A DNA stretch of 63,250 bases, filler included. It is 5 parts of 5 records of this genome, joined end to end, with 100 filler letters (N's around TTAATTAATTAA, not from the genome) between each part and the next. Parts side by side here need not be neighbours in the genome. Positions count along the whole stretch, not along the records: positions 39,634 to 57,518 come from SRR22947725_826; positions 57,619 to 63,250 come from SRR22947725_854; 3 more parts are not named here. One strand, given 5' to 3'. The position numbers and the translations under genes were made by a program. This document shows positions 49,832 to 59,702 of this stretch, piece after piece. The notes beneath the pieces are model-generated. The model did no database searches and had not been told where the DNA came from. It worked only from the letters and a program-made list of their open reading frames with translations. Positions within the stretch are counted from its first letter, which is position 1. Every line of letters starts with the position of its first letter.

Positions 49832-51844
49832 ATGAAATTTATCGACATACGTATTTACAAGAGATGGCAAACTCCTGTCTTACGCAAATTATTCATAATA
49901 TGGTTAGCCTTATTATCTTATGATGTAATTTGTTTAGAAAATTTTGATCCAAGTATAGGAGGGCTTCATGAGCAACGTGAAATTTTTAGAGCTGCATATG
50001 ATGCGCTTCAAAAAAGAGACATGACAACCTATCAATATGAATATACAAAACTTAACGACTATCCAATAAAACACTATCTTTTAGCACAAGAGTTACTGCA
50101 AAAAATTCGCAGCTTTCCTAAAGATGATATAAGGAAATTCTTAGAGGAACATGATCAATCAGCAATTTCTGACAATGTACGACATTATTGGCTCGAAGTT
50201 TTGAGAAAACACAACAGATGGCAAGATTATTTAGCTGACTACAAGGAAAGTGGAGCAACAATAAGACAGAGATGTTACTACCAATTTGCAAGAATTAAGA
50301 ACGACACGCGTAATAAAAAAAGTGCTATTCAAGCTGCTCTAAAACTTTGGTCTTCTGGCAATTCACAACCCAAAGAATGCGACAAATTATTCGATATTTT
50401 GATCAAAGATGATCTTATTACAGAAGAAGTTGCGTGGGATAGGTATGCAAAATCAATCGCTAAACGTAATTATCAACTATCAAAATATGTTTCAAGATTT
50501 ATTAATAATAAAGATAATAAAAAACTTGCAACAAAGCTATATGAAACATATAAAAATGAAAGTACCGTCATCAATCATAATTTCTTTACTCCGAAAGAGT
50601 TAATTAATAATACTAGCGAAATTCACACTGCGGTTACTTATGGATTGGTGCGTTTAGCAAAAAAAAATGCGCGTTTAGCAACCAGGGTCTTTTTAAAGTA
50701 TCAAAAAAAATATAAATTTTCTGAAGCAGAAAAAATAAAAATTAGTAGCTCTTTAATAAAAAGTCTTTTTAAACAAAAAAAGAAGGCAGAATCAGATGAA
50801 TATTTAACAAAAAATATTCATTCTTCTGGTCATAAAATATTAGAATGGAGAGTTCGTCAATCTATCCAAATAGCTGATTGGAAAGATGCTCAAATCTGGA
50901 TAGAAAAAATGCCTCAAGTCTTAAAAAACAAACAGGTATGGAAATATTGGAATCAAAGGTTAACTGAGATTATTGATGGTGACTCTAAGAACCCAGACTT
51001 AAGTGGTTATAAAAAGTTATCCGGCGAGAGAAGTTTTTATGGTTTTTTGAGCGCTCAACGACTGGGGCTATCTAATAATATGCGATATAAGGATTCAACG
51101 CCAAGTCAAGTTGAATTAATAGAACTAGAATCTCAAGTAGGTATTAAAAGGACGAGGGAGCTTCTTCACCATAACCTAAATCTCTCAGCACGCAGAGAGT
51201 GGAATAAAGCAACAAGGAATTTTTCAAAAAAACAGTGGATTTCAGCAGCTCACATATCTAAAAAATGGCTATGGCACAATGGTGCTATTACAAGCATGAT
51301 AAAAGCTAGTTACTGGAATGATACTAATCTTAGATTTCCTCTTGCTTTTAAGGACTTATTTAAAAAAAATGCAAAAATAAACCAAATACCTATGCATTTA
51401 CTAATGGCTCTGGCTAGACAAGAAAGTTCTTTTCATCATGAAGCAACATCTCCTGTTGGCGCCAAAGGCTTAATGCAGCTTATGCCTGCTACAGCAAAAC
51501 AAGTAGCGAGTAATAATAATATTTCTTTTGATCCGGTGGTTGGCTTGTATGACGCAGGAATAAATATAACATTAGGCAGCCTATACTTTAAAAAGATGCT
51601 TGATAGATTTAATGGTAATCGTATTCTCGCAATAGCCTCATATAATGCTGGGCCAACAAGGGTAAGTCGCTGGAGGAAAAAAACTGGGGGTAACATACCT
51701 TTCGATGCTTGGATTGAAGCAATACCATTTAATGAAACACGAAACTATGTGCAAAATGTATTAGCTTTTTCATCAATTTATGCAAAAAAACTAAATGAAA
51801 GTGAAGAGATAATTAGCAACCAAGAAGAAATTACTAAATTATGA
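49832..51844 (+). CDS. slt: Soluble lytic murein transglycosylase (Slt70-like)
   Basis: RQESSF, SPVGAKGLMQLMPATA, SYNAGP, IPFNETRNYVQNV; start uncertain (49793 or 49832). Confidence 0.92.
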   Translation: MKFIDIRIYKRWQTPVLRKLFIIWLALLSYDVICLENFDPSIGGLHEQREIFRAAYDALQKRDMTTYQYEYTKLNDYPIKHYLLAQELLQKIRSFPKDDIRKFLEEHDQSAISDNVRHYWLEVLRKHNRWQDYLADYKESGATIRQRCYYQFARIKNDTRNKKSAIQAALKLWSSGNSQPKECDKLFDILIKDDLITEEVAWDRYAKSIAKRNYQLSKYVSRFINNKDNKKLATKLYETYKNESTVINHNFFTPKELINNTSEIHTAVTYGLVRLAKKNARLATRVFLKYQKKYKFSEAEKIKISSSLIKSLFKQKKKAESDEYLTKNIHSSGHKILEWRVRQSIQIADWKDAQIWIEKMPQVLKNKQVWKYWNQRLTEIIDGDSKNPDLSGYKKLSGERSFYGFLSAQRLGLSNNMRYKDSTPSQVELIELESQVGIKRTRELLHHNLNLSARREWNKATRNFSKKQWISAAHISKKWLWHNGAITSMIKASYWNDTNLRFPLAFKDLFKKNAKINQIPMHLLMALARQESSFHHEATSPVGAKGLMQLMPATAKQVASNNNISFDPVVGLYDAGINITLGSLYFKKMLDRFNGNRILAIASYNAGPTRVSRWRKKTGGNIPFDAWIEAIPFNETRNYVQNVLAFSSIYAKKLNESEEIISNQEEITKL

Positions 51845-52665
51845 GCAGTACAATTAGATCAGAAAACGCATTAATAGATATTGGTGTCAACCTCACTCAT
51901 CGATCTTTTGAAAAGACTTTAATATCCATTGTAAATCGAGCTAAAAATGCTAATGTCTCAAAGCTCGTTATTACTGGTATATCAGAACTGGATAGCATAA
52001 AGGGTATCAATATTTGTAAAGACTTATCTAAAAATTTTCCAAATATGATATATACAACATGTGGTATTCACCCTCATCATGCCAAAGAATATAATAGTGA
52101 AAGTTTTAATAATCTTAAGGAGATCGCTAGCGATAAAAGTGTAGTGGCTATTGGTGAAATAGGACTTGATTTCAACCGTAATATATCCACACCTAAGGAG
52201 CAAGAAATAGCTTTCGAAAACCAACTTCAATTAGCTACTGAACTAGGTTTACCAGTTTTTTTACACGAGAGAGACGCACATAAGAGACAATTAGAAATAT
52301 TAAGCACTCATAGGGCTCAGCTTAAAAATGTAGTTATACATTGTTTTACAGGAACAAAAGCAGCGTTATTTAATTATCTAGATTTGGATCTTTATATTGG
52401 AATTACTGGATGGATATGTGATGAAAGGCGCGGAGGTGAGCTAAAAAATAATGTTGGCAATATACCGATTAATAGGTTGATGGTCGAGACTGACGCGCCA
52501 TACCTGTTACCAAACATAATAAAAAAAACATCAAAAAATCGGATAAATGAACCAGCTTTTTTACCTTTAGTCGTTGAAGAAATCGCTAAGCATCGTCCGG
52601 AATCAATCATAGAGATTTCGAAAAAAACAACTAGTAACTCAACTCAATTTTTTAACTTGATATAG
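51841..52665 (+). CDS. tatD: TatD family nuclease
   Basis: IDIGVNL, GIHPH, AIGEIGLDFNR, LHERDA, HCFTG, ETDAPY. Confidence 0.92.
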   Translation: MSSTIRSENALIDIGVNLTHRSFEKTLISIVNRAKNANVSKLVITGISELDSIKGINICKDLSKNFPNMIYTTCGIHPHHAKEYNSESFNNLKEIASDKSVVAIGEIGLDFNRNISTPKEQEIAFENQLQLATELGLPVFLHERDAHKRQLEILSTHRAQLKNVVIHCFTGTKAALFNYLDLDLYIGITGWICDERRGGELKNNVGNIPINRLMVETDAPYLLPNIIKKTSKNRINEPAFLPLVVEEIAKHRPESIIEISKKTTSNSTQFFNLI

Positions 52666-52672
52666 GCACAAA

Positions 52673-52885
52673 ATGAAAATAGTCAGTATTAATAAAGAAC
52701 CTGTTGAATTATATAAAATATTAAAATTTGAGGGTTTACTTGAAAGCGGTGGAGCAGCTAAAAGTGCAATAGCTAACGGGCTAGTAGAGGTTAATGACTG
52801 TGTAGAGAAAAGGAAACGAAAAAAAATTATAGCTGGGGATACCATTGTTTTTAATGGTGAGATACTTCATATAAATCTTTTATAA
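52673..52885 (+). CDS. S4-domain RNA-binding protein (YbcJ/YaaA-like)
   Basis: VELYKILKFEG..SGGAAK..I..G.VEVN..VE.RKRKKI..GD. Confidence 0.88.
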   Translation: MKIVSINKEPVELYKILKFEGLLESGGAAKSAIANGLVEVNDCVEKRKRKKIIAGDTIVFNGEILHINLL

Positions 52886-52903
52886 ATTTGGGCGCCAGAA
52901 TCC

Positions 52904-53920
52904 ATGGATCATTACGAAAATAGACAGGTAATTCTTAAAAAAAGACCAAAAAATATTCCTGAAGCAGAAGATTTTAAAATTATTAAGACTGTTCTGCCAA
53001 AAATATCAACGGGTAAAATAATCATTCGAAATATTTTTTTGTCTGTAGAGCCAGCAATGAAAGGCTGGGTAAGCGCAATTGGTAATTATGCACAACCTGT
53101 GGCACTCAATAGTGTCATGAAATCTTTTGCTACTGGTATCGTTGTTGATTCCTGTCATTCCGATTATCAACCTGGTGACCTGGTTACTGGTTTATTTGGT
53201 TGGCAAGAATATGCTTTAGTGGATGCTGGTGTTGTTGATAGAAAAATAACAACTAATACTCTTCCAATGTCAACATCGTTAGGTGTGGCTGGTATAAATG
53301 GTATAACTGCATACCTTGGACTCCTTAGTGTCGGACAACCTGTTTCCGGAGAAACTGTTGTAGTATCAACTGCTGCTGGGTCAGTTGGCTCTTGTGTTGG
53401 CCAAATAGCTAAAATCAAGGGGTGCACCACAGTTGGTATAACAGGGGGCCAAAAAAAAGTGGATATGTGCAAAAATATATATCGATATGATCAAGCAATA
53501 GACTACAAGAATGACAATCTTACAAGCTCTTTAGCTAAATATTGTCCTCAAGGAATTGATATATATTTTGATAATACTGGGGGAACAATCAGTGACAAGG
53601 TAATTCAAAAACTTAATATTGGTGCGAGAGTTGTACTTTGCGGTACTGCTTCTATTTCTAGCTGGAACCCTCCGCCTCTAGGGCCTAGATTAGAACGTCA
53701 AATATTAATCAAACGAGCTCGTATGGAAGGTTTCCTAATATTTGATCACAAGGAGCGCTATTCAGAGGCTCTATTAGCTCTGACTAAGTGGGTAATCTCT
53801 GGTGAAATAAACTATCGTGAAGATATCTTGCATGGTATTGAAAAGGCACCATCTGCTATTTCAGCAATATACCGAGGCGAAAATCTTGGTAAATTGCTTA
53901 TCAAGTTAGGCGAAGAATGA
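52904..53920 (+). CDS. NADP-dependent oxidoreductase (prostaglandin reductase/CurA-like MDR)
   Basis: GWQEY, GITAYLGL, VSTAAGSVG, GIDIYFDNTGG, GENLGKL. Confidence 0.9.
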   Translation: MDHYENRQVILKKRPKNIPEAEDFKIIKTVLPKISTGKIIIRNIFLSVEPAMKGWVSAIGNYAQPVALNSVMKSFATGIVVDSCHSDYQPGDLVTGLFGWQEYALVDAGVVDRKITTNTLPMSTSLGVAGINGITAYLGLLSVGQPVSGETVVVSTAAGSVGSCVGQIAKIKGCTTVGITGGQKKVDMCKNIYRYDQAIDYKNDNLTSSLAKYCPQGIDIYFDNTGGTISDKVIQKLNIGARVVLCGTASISSWNPPPLGPRLERQILIKRARMEGFLIFDHKERYSEALLALTKWVISGEINYREDILHGIEKAPSAISAIYRGENLGKLLIKLGEE

Positions 53921-53949
53921 AAAAATACTTTTAGAGTTTTTATCAAAGA

Positions 53950-54189
53950 TCATAAAATAAGCTGCTTAATTTGACTAGGTGTAAATGGCCAGCTTTTTTC
54001 ACTCCCCTCAGGATTAACAGCCACAGGTATTCGCAATCCATATTTTTCTCTAAGTAACACGTTATTTGATATGTTAACCTCATTATATTTCCAGTCAGTT
54101 GCTTTTAAGGCTTCTATTATGAGATCTTTTGCTATTTCACATAGATGGCAATTGTTACCAACGTAAATTGTTATAACTTTATTTAGCAT
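53950..54189 (-). CDS. Glutaredoxin-like protein (DUF836 type)
   Basis: Likely start ATG 54189 overlapping the rlmKL end; CHLC, YGLRIPV, WPF. Confidence 0.82.
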   Translation of the reverse strand: MLNKVITIYVGNNCHLCEIAKDLIIEALKATDWKYNEVNISNNVLLREKYGLRIPVAVNPEGSEKSWPFTPSQIKQLIL

Positions 54190-56365
54190 GCTTGATAATC
54201 CAACAGTTATGAATTTTCTTGTTTCTTTGGAAGTCTGGATCAAATGTTTTGTCACTTATATTACAAACCTGATATCTTTCTATGATATCCGAAGACATAG
54301 AAAAATTACGGAAATTATTTGTAAATACTAATGTCCCGTTCTGGTCTAGCAGCAACATAGATTTTTTGATTAACTCTATATGATCTCTTTGTACATCAAA
54401 TGTAGAGTCCATTTTTTTTGAATTAGAGAACGTAGGTGGATCAAGAAAAACTAAATCATACTGATTCAACTTATCTTTATTTTTAACATTTTTATCAAGC
54501 CAAACTAAGCAGTCTTCCCTTATAAGCTCATTAGATTTGCTACATATACTATTTAAAGAAAAATTTCTTTTTGCCCAATCGACATAGGTCTTCGACATAT
54601 CGATACTCAGGCTTGATTTAGCTCCCCCTTTAATAGCATAAATAGTGGCTGAAGCGGTATAGCAAAATAAATTAAGAAATCTTTTATTTTGGGACAGACC
54701 GTGGATTAGCCTCCGAACTGGTCTGTGATCTAGAAAAAGCCCTGTATCCAAATAAGCACTCATATTGATCTCGAAAATATAACCATTCTCGGTAAGATTG
54801 AATATGTAATCTTCACTATTTTTATCATTCTTTGGGTGATATTGGCTGGAGCCTTTTTGTCTTCTGCGCTCCTTAAAAATTAATCTAGAATGCTGTTCAT
54901 CAAAAAAAGAGGTTACCGCCTCTCTAACCTCCTTTAGATGTTTTTTTGATTGATTGGGGTCAATATATAATGGTGGAGCGTATTCTTGAATATGAACTGA
55001 ATCCCCGTAAATATCAATAACTACCGCATATTCAGGTATATCCGAATCATAAAGTCGATATGAATTTATATTCGACTGCTTTATCCATCCATTAAGTTTT
55101 CTTGTATTTTTCTTTAGGCGATTAAAAAGCATTGAAGCGCCTTCAGATATCTGCTTTTTTTCAGATATAATTTTTTTTTGAAATGATGATACTACCCTAT
55201 CGGTTAAATTATTTAGCTGATATAAAATTAATTGGCTTGGTATAGCTCCATTAAATATTTGATATTTTTTTTCTGAACGAAGTTTCAATTCACCAGATAA
55301 TTCAGAATTCCCTGTAATGACTGCAAATTTCCATCCTGGACACTCTCTTTTGAGAATCTCACCAAGGTCTCTATATAAAGGCTTAAGATCTTCAACATCA
55401 CCCCATCTCTCACCATACGGAGGATTACAGATTACTAGGCCGCACCGTATTTTTTTATGGGTTGGTAATTTAAACGCCACTAATGGTTTAGAGATCACCC
55501 GAATATGTCTATCAAGTCCTGCTGATATTATATTTTCTTGAGCGGCTACAATTGCTTTGGAGTCTTTATCGTAACCTCGTATCTCAGGTAGCTCTTTTGC
55601 AAGACCAACTGCACATCTATCAAGCGCATCACTCCTAATTTGGAACCATAAATTACAATCATGCTGTAACCATCCGTGAAACCCAAATTTTTCTCGATTC
55701 AAATTTGGAGCTATATCTGCAGCAATTAGTGCTGCTTCGATTAGCAGTGTTCCACTACCACACATAGGATCAATTATGGCGCCCCCCTTAATTGATAAAT
55801 TAGGCCAATCTGCTCGGAACAGCAAAGCAGCTGCAAGATTTTCTTTCAGTGTTGCAGCCACCATTGCTTTGCGGTATCCACGCTTATGAAGGCTATCACC
55901 AGACATATCAAAACTGACGTTAGCTTGATTTTTAGACAACCGAACATTAATTCGGATATCAGGGTTTTTTAAATCAACATCTGAGCGATCGTTGTAGTGC
56001 TCATTTAATTTATCAACAATCCCATCTTTAACTCGCTGGGCCCCGAATTGCGTATGACGTATTACATCGTTAGATCCAGAAAAATTTACAGCAATGCTTT
56101 CGCGCGGGGTGAAATGGGTCTCCCAAGGAATGTTTTTTATCCCATTGTATAAATCGCTATCTGAGGTTACCTGAAACTTCGCTAATGGTAATAATATTCT
56201 ATTAGCTATCCGGGACCATAGACAAGACTTATAGATGAAAATAATATCACCTTCAGCAAATACACCAGCCACAGTCAGGCTAGTTTTCTTTGCCCCAAGC
56301 GACGTGAGCTCCTTTGCAAGAATTTCTTCTAAGCCTTTAGGACAGGTTGCAAAAATTTTACGCAT
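54179..56365 (-). CDS. rlmKL: Bifunctional 23S rRNA m2G2445/m7G2069 methyltransferase
   Basis: THUMP region, DPMCGSGT, NPPYGER, DTGLFLDHR, LNLFCYT, DPPTFSNSK. Confidence 0.95.
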   Translation of the reverse strand: MRKIFATCPKGLEEILAKELTSLGAKKTSLTVAGVFAEGDIIFIYKSCLWSRIANRILLPLAKFQVTSDSDLYNGIKNIPWETHFTPRESIAVNFSGSNDVIRHTQFGAQRVKDGIVDKLNEHYNDRSDVDLKNPDIRINVRLSKNQANVSFDMSGDSLHKRGYRKAMVAATLKENLAAALLFRADWPNLSIKGGAIIDPMCGSGTLLIEAALIAADIAPNLNREKFGFHGWLQHDCNLWFQIRSDALDRCAVGLAKELPEIRGYDKDSKAIVAAQENIISAGLDRHIRVISKPLVAFKLPTHKKIRCGLVICNPPYGERWGDVEDLKPLYRDLGEILKRECPGWKFAVITGNSELSGELKLRSEKKYQIFNGAIPSQLILYQLNNLTDRVVSSFQKKIISEKKQISEGASMLFNRLKKNTRKLNGWIKQSNINSYRLYDSDIPEYAVVIDIYGDSVHIQEYAPPLYIDPNQSKKHLKEVREAVTSFFDEQHSRLIFKERRRQKGSSQYHPKNDKNSEDYIFNLTENGYIFEINMSAYLDTGLFLDHRPVRRLIHGLSQNKRFLNLFCYTASATIYAIKGGAKSSLSIDMSKTYVDWAKRNFSLNSICSKSNELIREDCLVWLDKNVKNKDKLNQYDLVFLDPPTFSNSKKMDSTFDVQRDHIELIKKSMLLLDQNGTLVFTNNFRNFSMSSDIIERYQVCNISDKTFDPDFQRNKKIHNCWIIKHAK

Positions 56366-56391
56366 TTAGATGGCCATTATATTGAGAAAAA

Positions 56392-57516
56392 TCAACTAAG
56401 ACTCTTAGAGGCGATCTCATAAGTATCCCCAGACAGATCATTTTCTAAAATTATCCTACTAAGTTGATTTTTCATAAGGTTTCTACGTTTTTTTGGGAAT
56501 TTTCGCCATCGCGTTAGAGGATTTAAAAGTCTGGCAGCTATTTGTGGGTTGATCCTATCTAAAGCCAATACTTGATCAGCTAAAAATTCATATCCATCTC
56601 CCCGATCACAATGAAAATTCATAGGATTATTAGTGCAAAAAACGCCAATCAGCGATCTAATCTTGTTGGGATTATTGAAGTCAAATGCGGGATGCTCCAT
56701 GAGTGTCCTAACTCGATTCAAACCACCTGGTAGTGAACATGACGCCTGCACCTGAAACCATTGATTTAATACTAGAGGCTCATCTTTATAGTCTTGGTAA
56801 AATTTATTTAAGTATTTCTTTGATAAATCGATAGCACTCTTTCTATTGTCATTCACTAAAATATTCAATGCTGCAAGTCTATCAGTCATATTATTAGATT
56901 TGATAATTTGATTTTCAACCATCCTCAAAGAACCCTCTGATTTAGAGCTAACTATATACCTCAATGCTAAGTTCTTTAAACTACGTTGAGATGTCTCTTT
57001 TGCATTAAAGATATATTTTTTTGATGTCAAATTAGATTTATATATTTTATTCCAGGAACTACTCAAATTTTTTCCTAATTCACTCAATACAAAATCTCTG
57101 ACTATATGGATAGCCTCAATATCAATCTCATTTGAGATTTCAGCCATTATCAGCTCGGAGGGTATAGTGAGCAGTAGTGCCTGCATTGCTTTATCTTTAT
57201 TTGGCCTGTTCATAACACCAAGAAATGCATCATAAAGATATGATTTCATCTCTAATTTTTTATTAAGTCGATATTCATGTTGCATTACAGTCATAACCCG
57301 TATGGCCAGTTCTTGGCATGCATTCCAGCAACTAAAGCCATCCAGGTCTTCAGACATGAGTAAAATTAGATCTTTCTCAGAATAAGAGAAATCAAGCTTT
57401 ATAGGTGCAGTGAAACCTTGGAGTAAAGATGGAGTTGGGCATTTATTAATATTTTCAAAAGTAATAGTTTCTTGTTTTTTCGTTAACTCGATCAATAAAG
57501 AGTTATTGTTATCATC
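56392..57516 (-). CDS. pepN: Aminopeptidase N, C-terminal fragment (5' truncated)
   Basis: PSLLQGFTAPIKL, NMTDRLAAL, WFQVQA, NPNKIRSLIG, NPQIAARL. Confidence 0.92.
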   Translation of the reverse strand, partial: DDNNNSLLIELTKKQETITFENINKCPTPSLLQGFTAPIKLDFSYSEKDLILLMSEDLDGFSCWNACQELAIRVMTVMQHEYRLNKKLEMKSYLYDAFLGVMNRPNKDKAMQALLLTIPSELIMAEISNEIDIEAIHIVRDFVLSELGKNLSSSWNKIYKSNLTSKKYIFNAKETSQRSLKNLALRYIVSSKSEGSLRMVENQIIKSNNMTDRLAALNILVNDNRKSAIDLSKKYLNKFYQDYKDEPLVLNQWFQVQASCSLPGGLNRVRTLMEHPAFDFNNPNKIRSLIGVFCTNNPMNFHCDRGDGYEFLADQVLALDRINPQIAARLLNPLTRWRKFPKKRRNLMKNQLSRIILENDLSGDTYEIASKSLS

Positions 57517-57518
57517 AG

Positions 57519-57618
57519 NNNNNNNNNNNNNNNNNNNNNNNNNNNNNNNNNNNNNNNNNNNNTTAATTAATTAANNNNNNNNNNNNNNNNNNNNNNNNNN
57601 NNNNNNNNNNNNNNNNNN
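57519..57618. other. Artificial contig spacer
   Basis: N44-TTAATTAATTAA-N44. Confidence 0.99.
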
Positions 57619-57619
57619 A

Positions 57620-57772
57620 GATAAAGTGCGCAACACAATGTCTATTTACTCTCAGAAAGATATTTCACATATGATTTCAGAAAATGGAATGGTAACAGCA
57701 GATTGTCAATTTTGTGGATCTCATTATGAATTAGATCCACAAACGTTAGGCTTTGAAGGCGAAAAAAAATAA
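57620..57772 (+). CDS. hslO: Hsp33 redox chaperone, C-terminal fragment (not in ORF track)
   Basis: Reads DKVRNTMSIYSQKDISHMISENGMVTADCQFCGSHYELDPQTLGFEGEKK*; CxxC in the Hsp33 context. Confidence 0.85.
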   Translation, partial: DKVRNTMSIYSQKDISHMISENGMVTADCQFCGSHYELDPQTLGFEGEKK

Positions 57773-57779
57773 CCATCTC

Positions 57780-57808
57780 TTGCACTAAGAAACTTGCTAA
57801 GTCATGAT
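57780..57808 (+). promoter_or_regulatory. Possible sigma70 promoter for the Nudix gene
   Basis: TTGCAC-N17-CATGAT ending 6 nt before ATG 57815. Confidence 0.4.
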
Positions 57809-57814
57809 TTATAA

Positions 57815-58438
57815 ATGAGTAAAGATTTATTTAATATAAATAGAATTAAATCTGCACTAGATCAATATATTGGTGATAAGATTACCTCTGACTTTGATTT
57901 AAATAAAGATTTGAGCCCAGTAAAACCAAAACTGCGTGATGCAGCAGTTTTAATACCCATTATAATTCGTCCAGATGGATTGAACATTATTTTAACTAAA
58001 AGGTCTAATAATTTACAACATCATCCCGGACAAATAGCATTTCCTGGTGGTAAAGTTGATGGACTTGATAACAGTTTAATTGATACTGCTCTACGTGAAG
58101 CCCATGAAGAAATTGGCTTAATGCAAAAAAATGTTGAAATTTTAGGACTATTGCCAAAACATGAAACAATTACTAATTTTAAAGTCACACCAGTTGTTGG
58201 TCTTGTAGATAGTTCTTATCAACCAAGAATAGAGCCAGGTGAAGTAGACGAAATCTTTGAAGTACCATTTACATCAATAACTAATTCTAAAAATTTTCAA
58301 ATTAATTATAGAGTGTGGGGTAAACACAAACGTGGCTATTATTCTATGCCCTATGGACCCTATTATATCTGGGGTGCTACAGCTCGAATAATGAGAATGT
58401 TTTGTGATATTTTGGATGAATTTAATGAAACTAAATGA
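57815..58438 (+). CDS. CoA pyrophosphatase (Nudix, NudL-like)
   Basis: AAVLIP, LTKRS..L.HHPGQIAFPGG, ALREAHEEIGL, IWGATA. Confidence 0.92.
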   Translation: MSKDLFNINRIKSALDQYIGDKITSDFDLNKDLSPVKPKLRDAAVLIPIIIRPDGLNIILTKRSNNLQHHPGQIAFPGGKVDGLDNSLIDTALREAHEEIGLMQKNVEILGLLPKHETITNFKVTPVVGLVDSSYQPRIEPGEVDEIFEVPFTSITNSKNFQINYRVWGKHKRGYYSMPYGPYYIWGATARIMRMFCDILDEFNETK

Positions 58439-59570
58439 TAAATGGTTAATAGATCCTGATACAGTTTTAGTTATGCAAGCTTTACAAAAAAAAGGTAATA
58501 AAGCCCTATTTGTTGGAGGATGTGTACGCAATAGTTTATTAAAAATGCCAGTTACAGACATTGATATTGCCACTGATGCAAAGCCACATGAAATTGTAAG
58601 TTTAGCAATTGATAGTGGCTTAAAAAGTATTCCTACAGGCATTGAACATGGTACTATTACAATAGTTTCTAATAATAAAACTTATGAAGTTACATGCTTT
58701 CGGAAAGATATCAAAACAGATGGTAGGCATGCGGTAATTGAATATTCAGATGATATTGAAGATGATGCTAAGCGAAGAGATTTTACAATGAATGCTATTT
58801 ATTCAACCTCAAGTGGAATAATAGTAGACCCTTTAGAAGGGTTGAAAGATTTAAAGATACGCCATGTTCGTTTTATAAAAGATCCTAAGAAACGAATAGT
58901 TGAAGATTATTTAAGAATTTTAAGATTTTTTAGATTCACATCTGAATATGGGGATCCTAATTTAGGAATTGATGCTGATGGTTTGGCTGCTTGCGCTGCC
59001 AATATCGATGGAATTAAATTATTAGCTAAAGAGCGTATTGGTGCTGAGTTAAAAAAAATTCTAAAAACTAAAAATCCTTCAATTGTTTTGGCAGCAATGG
59101 ATAAAGCAGGTATACTTTCTAATATTTTACCTGGATCAAGTAGTAAATATGTACCAATTCTTATTCATCAAGAAAATCAAAATACTATTAATTGGATTAC
59201 AAGGCTTGTTGTTTTAGGTGGTGCAGAGCCAACAAAAAGCCTTAGATTAAGTAACAAAGAAAGCCGTGAATACAAATATACATTAAAGGCAATTAATTTA
59301 GGCAAGAAACCAAGCGTAGTTGCTTTCGAGTTTGGTAAAGATATTGCACTTTCTTATTCATTATCACTTGCTGCTTTGACCGAAACTTTTTTACCTGATA
59401 ATTTGTATGAACAAATTATACTTGGGACTTCTGTAAAATTTCCAATTGAAGCAAAAGATTTAAAAAACCTTCAAGGGAAAAAATTAGGCGATGCTCTCAG
59501 AGAATTAAAAGACTTATGGATAAAATCAGAGTTTACTTTAAGTAAAAAAGATTTATTAAAAAATAGATAA
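58425..59570 (+). CDS. cca: CCA tRNA nucleotidyltransferase
   Basis: Likely start ATG 58425; VGGCVRNSL, DIDIAT, RRDFTMNA, EDYLRILRFFRF, ERIGAEL. Confidence 0.9.
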   Translation: MKLNDKWLIDPDTVLVMQALQKKGNKALFVGGCVRNSLLKMPVTDIDIATDAKPHEIVSLAIDSGLKSIPTGIEHGTITIVSNNKTYEVTCFRKDIKTDGRHAVIEYSDDIEDDAKRRDFTMNAIYSTSSGIIVDPLEGLKDLKIRHVRFIKDPKKRIVEDYLRILRFFRFTSEYGDPNLGIDADGLAACAANIDGIKLLAKERIGAELKKILKTKNPSIVLAAMDKAGILSNILPGSSSKYVPILIHQENQNTINWITRLVVLGGAEPTKSLRLSNKESREYKYTLKAINLGKKPSVVAFEFGKDIALSYSLSLAALTETFLPDNLYEQIILGTSVKFPIEAKDLKNLQGKKLGDALRELKDLWIKSEFTLSKKDLLKNR

Positions 59571-59702
59571 TCTGATTTTTATATTCTATTTTTCTGGACA
59601 ACTAAGAACCATCTGTTATCTGATTATTTAGATTATTTTTTATTATAAATTAATTTATGATTTATCCAAAAATAAGTGCGCAATTCTATCGGTTTAAAAT
59701 AA

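Noticed and set aside
8188..51844. amgK-murU, nagZ, slt and M23 as one peptidoglycan recycling cluster
   Set aside because: Spread over separate contigs; only nagZ and slt share one, and they are not adjacent.
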